64,000 bases of DNA. It comes from an uncultured delta proteobacterium. GTDB lineage: Bacteria; Desulfobacterota; Binatia; Binatales; Binataceae. This document shows, one piece after another, positions 62,507-64,000 of this stretch. The notes under the pieces are model-generated. The model had not been told where the DNA came from, did no database searches, and saw nothing but the letters and a program-made list of their open reading frames with translations. Location of the stretch: NCBI GenBank assembly GCA_963808235.1, contig CAWEEQ010000004.1, positions 3,776,001-3,840,000 on the forward strand, in the 5' to 3' direction. Positions within the stretch are counted from its first letter, which is position 1. Each line of letters begins with the position of its first letter. The translations under genes were made by a program, and so were the position numbers.

Positions 62507-62896
62507 GTGCCCGTAAGAACTCTGCTGGTCGAGGATTCAGTCTCCGCGCGAGAGATGCTCAAGCAAAAGCTTGAGGCGATCGGCTGTGAGATTGTCGCGA
62601 TGGCGGCTGACTCCGCGACGGCGCTCGAGTTGATCCGAAAGCTGCAGCCTCAACTCATGACCTTGGATCTCATTATGCCGGAGACGGGGAGCCTGCACGC
62701 CAAAGAACTGTTCCGCATAGTCCGCAAGGAAATGCCCGAAGTTGCAGTCATAATTATCAGCGCTCAATCAAACGCTACGCAACGCGGGGACTTCATTCGA
62801 GAGGGCGCGATCGAATTCGTTCAGAAGCCTTTCTTCAAGTTTGACAAGCTGGCCGCAAAACTGTCGCAGATTTTCCCTGACATCAAGTCTCGCTAG
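62507..62896 (+). CDS. Single-domain response regulator
   Basis: LLVEDS, TLDLIMP, GAIEFVQKPF. Confidence 0.88.
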   Translation: MPVRTLLVEDSVSAREMLKQKLEAIGCEIVAMAADSATALELIRKLQPQLMTLDLIMPETGSLHAKELFRIVRKEMPEVAVIIISAQSNATQRGDFIREGAIEFVQKPFFKFDKLAAKLSQIFPDIKSR

Positions 62897-62999
62897 CGAA
62901 CTCTACATCTCCGCGTGGCGGATACCACGCCCGGCGGGGTTGATGCGCTTCCCTCCTGGGTTGCTGCTTTGCCTTTGGCTTTTTCTAATCGTGGATGAC

Positions 63000-63255
63000 C
63001 CGAAGAGAGCGAAGTTAAGGCGCGTCACCTTTCATACTCTGCGCCATAGCTGCGCTTCGGCGATGATCGCGAGCGGCGCACCAATCACGGAAGTCCAGCA
63101 TCGGCTCGGCCACGCCAATCCCGCCATCACCCCTTCTCGTGTACTCGCATTTCCTGAAGCATGCCGAGAGCGACGTCGCCGATCGGCTCGCCGACGCCTT
63201 GTTGAACTTCCCGTCAGCGTCGAGAACTCAGAAAGAGATCGAATCCGCAGCCTAA
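63000..63255 (+). pseudogene. C-terminal remnant of a tyrosine recombinase/integrase
   Basis: FHTLRHSCAS...VQHRLGHANPAIT then, after an indel near 63130, LLVYSHF (catalytic Tyr). No N-terminal part is present. Confidence 0.8.
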
Positions 63256-63460
63256 GTGAGGCCGCCACGGTGAGGCGGTTCCGCGGCTGCAGCGGGTTCG
63301 TTCTGACCGGGACAATGCCCAGCGTGCACAGCATCGACGTGCGGGTATCCGGAGGGTCTCGCATTCCTCGACGGGAGAAAAGCAAATGAACACTTCGCCT
63401 TTTTCTTACGCCTCATAGGCGAGAATTACGACGCTGACCAACGCTGAAGCTAGGCCGATA

Positions 63461-63672
63461 TTATGGCCCTGTAGCTGCAATTTGGTGGGATACAATGGGT
63501 GGGCCGGGACGAATATGGAATCCGCGAGCGCGCTCAAGTGCCGGCGTGTCCTCGTCTGTGGCGCGGCTATGCTGTCGCACGTGCTCCGCCCACGATTCAA
63601 CCATAAAATACTCGATGTACCGGTCGGGCTTGGCGACATCGGAGAACAAGCCCTAGAATCCCGCTCCGTCAC
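63461..63672 (-). pseudogene. C-terminal remnant of a second MFS (DUF894/MFS_3-type) transporter
   Basis: RDGAGF*GLFSD...YIEYFMVESWAEHVRQHSR parallels the tail of the adjacent gene; the Trp codon is mutated to TAG at 63653-63655. Confidence 0.65.
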
Positions 63673-64000
63673 GATACCTGGTCGTTCGAGGTGCCGGGAA
63701 CAAGATCGGCGGCGATCAGATGGGTGACTTTCGGCGTGCCTTTCCTCTGAAAGCGATCGACTGCTATCTGCAGCGCAGAATCGGCTTTGGTCACACGCTC
63801 ATGCTGCCGCAGATGCTCCAACCAGGAATCGACGAGAAAGGTCTCAACAAATCGACCGTCGTTCGCCGGATCCTCGAATATTCCCCAGTCGTACGCGCCG
63901 TCGCGGCGGCGCTCGCGTGCCAATTCGGCGATCGCCTTCAGGAACGCTTCGCGCTGCGCCGGATCGATGTCGTACTCCGTCGTTACAAGTACCGGTCCGC
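63669..64000 (-). CDS. MFS transporter (DUF894/MFS_3 type), 3' end only
   Basis: GPVLVTTEYDID...RRRDGAYDWGIFED...ETFLVDSWLEHLRQHERVT C-terminal domain. Confidence 0.85.
   Translation of the reverse strand, partial: GPVLVTTEYDIDPAQREAFLKAIAELARERRRDGAYDWGIFEDPANDGRFVETFLVDSWLEHLRQHERVTKADSALQIAVDRFQRKGTPKVTHLIAADLVPGTSNDQVS

Overview
High-GC Gram-negative bacterial chromosomal window. The gene content and split atp operon resemble Binatota or other deltaproteobacteria-like lineages (inference only). About 1-35 kb is mostly core or metabolic: serine hydrolase, miaB, PadR, a bactofilin-atpF'FHAGDC operon followed by a perfect parS site, a Rieske oxygenase, aroA, a Fur-boxed cupredoxin/cytochrome c/outer-membrane cassette, a lytic transglycosylase, glnE, and a cobalamin-riboswitch btuB with cobU/cobS/cobT/bluB. 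It also holds a co-directional redox cluster (SDR, LLM oxidoreductase, GST, PrdB/GrdB-like selenoprotein, MAPEG, Tpx). The ORF track splits the selenoprotein in two; it is one gene with an in-frame UGA (UxxC motif) and a SECIS-like hairpin. About 35-64 kb looks accessory. It contains a sulfatase / octaheme-TPR cytochrome / FixJ-like two-component / outer-membrane lipoprotein island with a repeated 20-bp palindromic operator, an XRE-HTH + IrrE/ImmA-like metallopeptidase operon translationally coupled to two hybrid kinases (Hpt and receiver genes nearby), and integrase and MFS remnants. No rRNA, tRNA or CRISPR array was seen.
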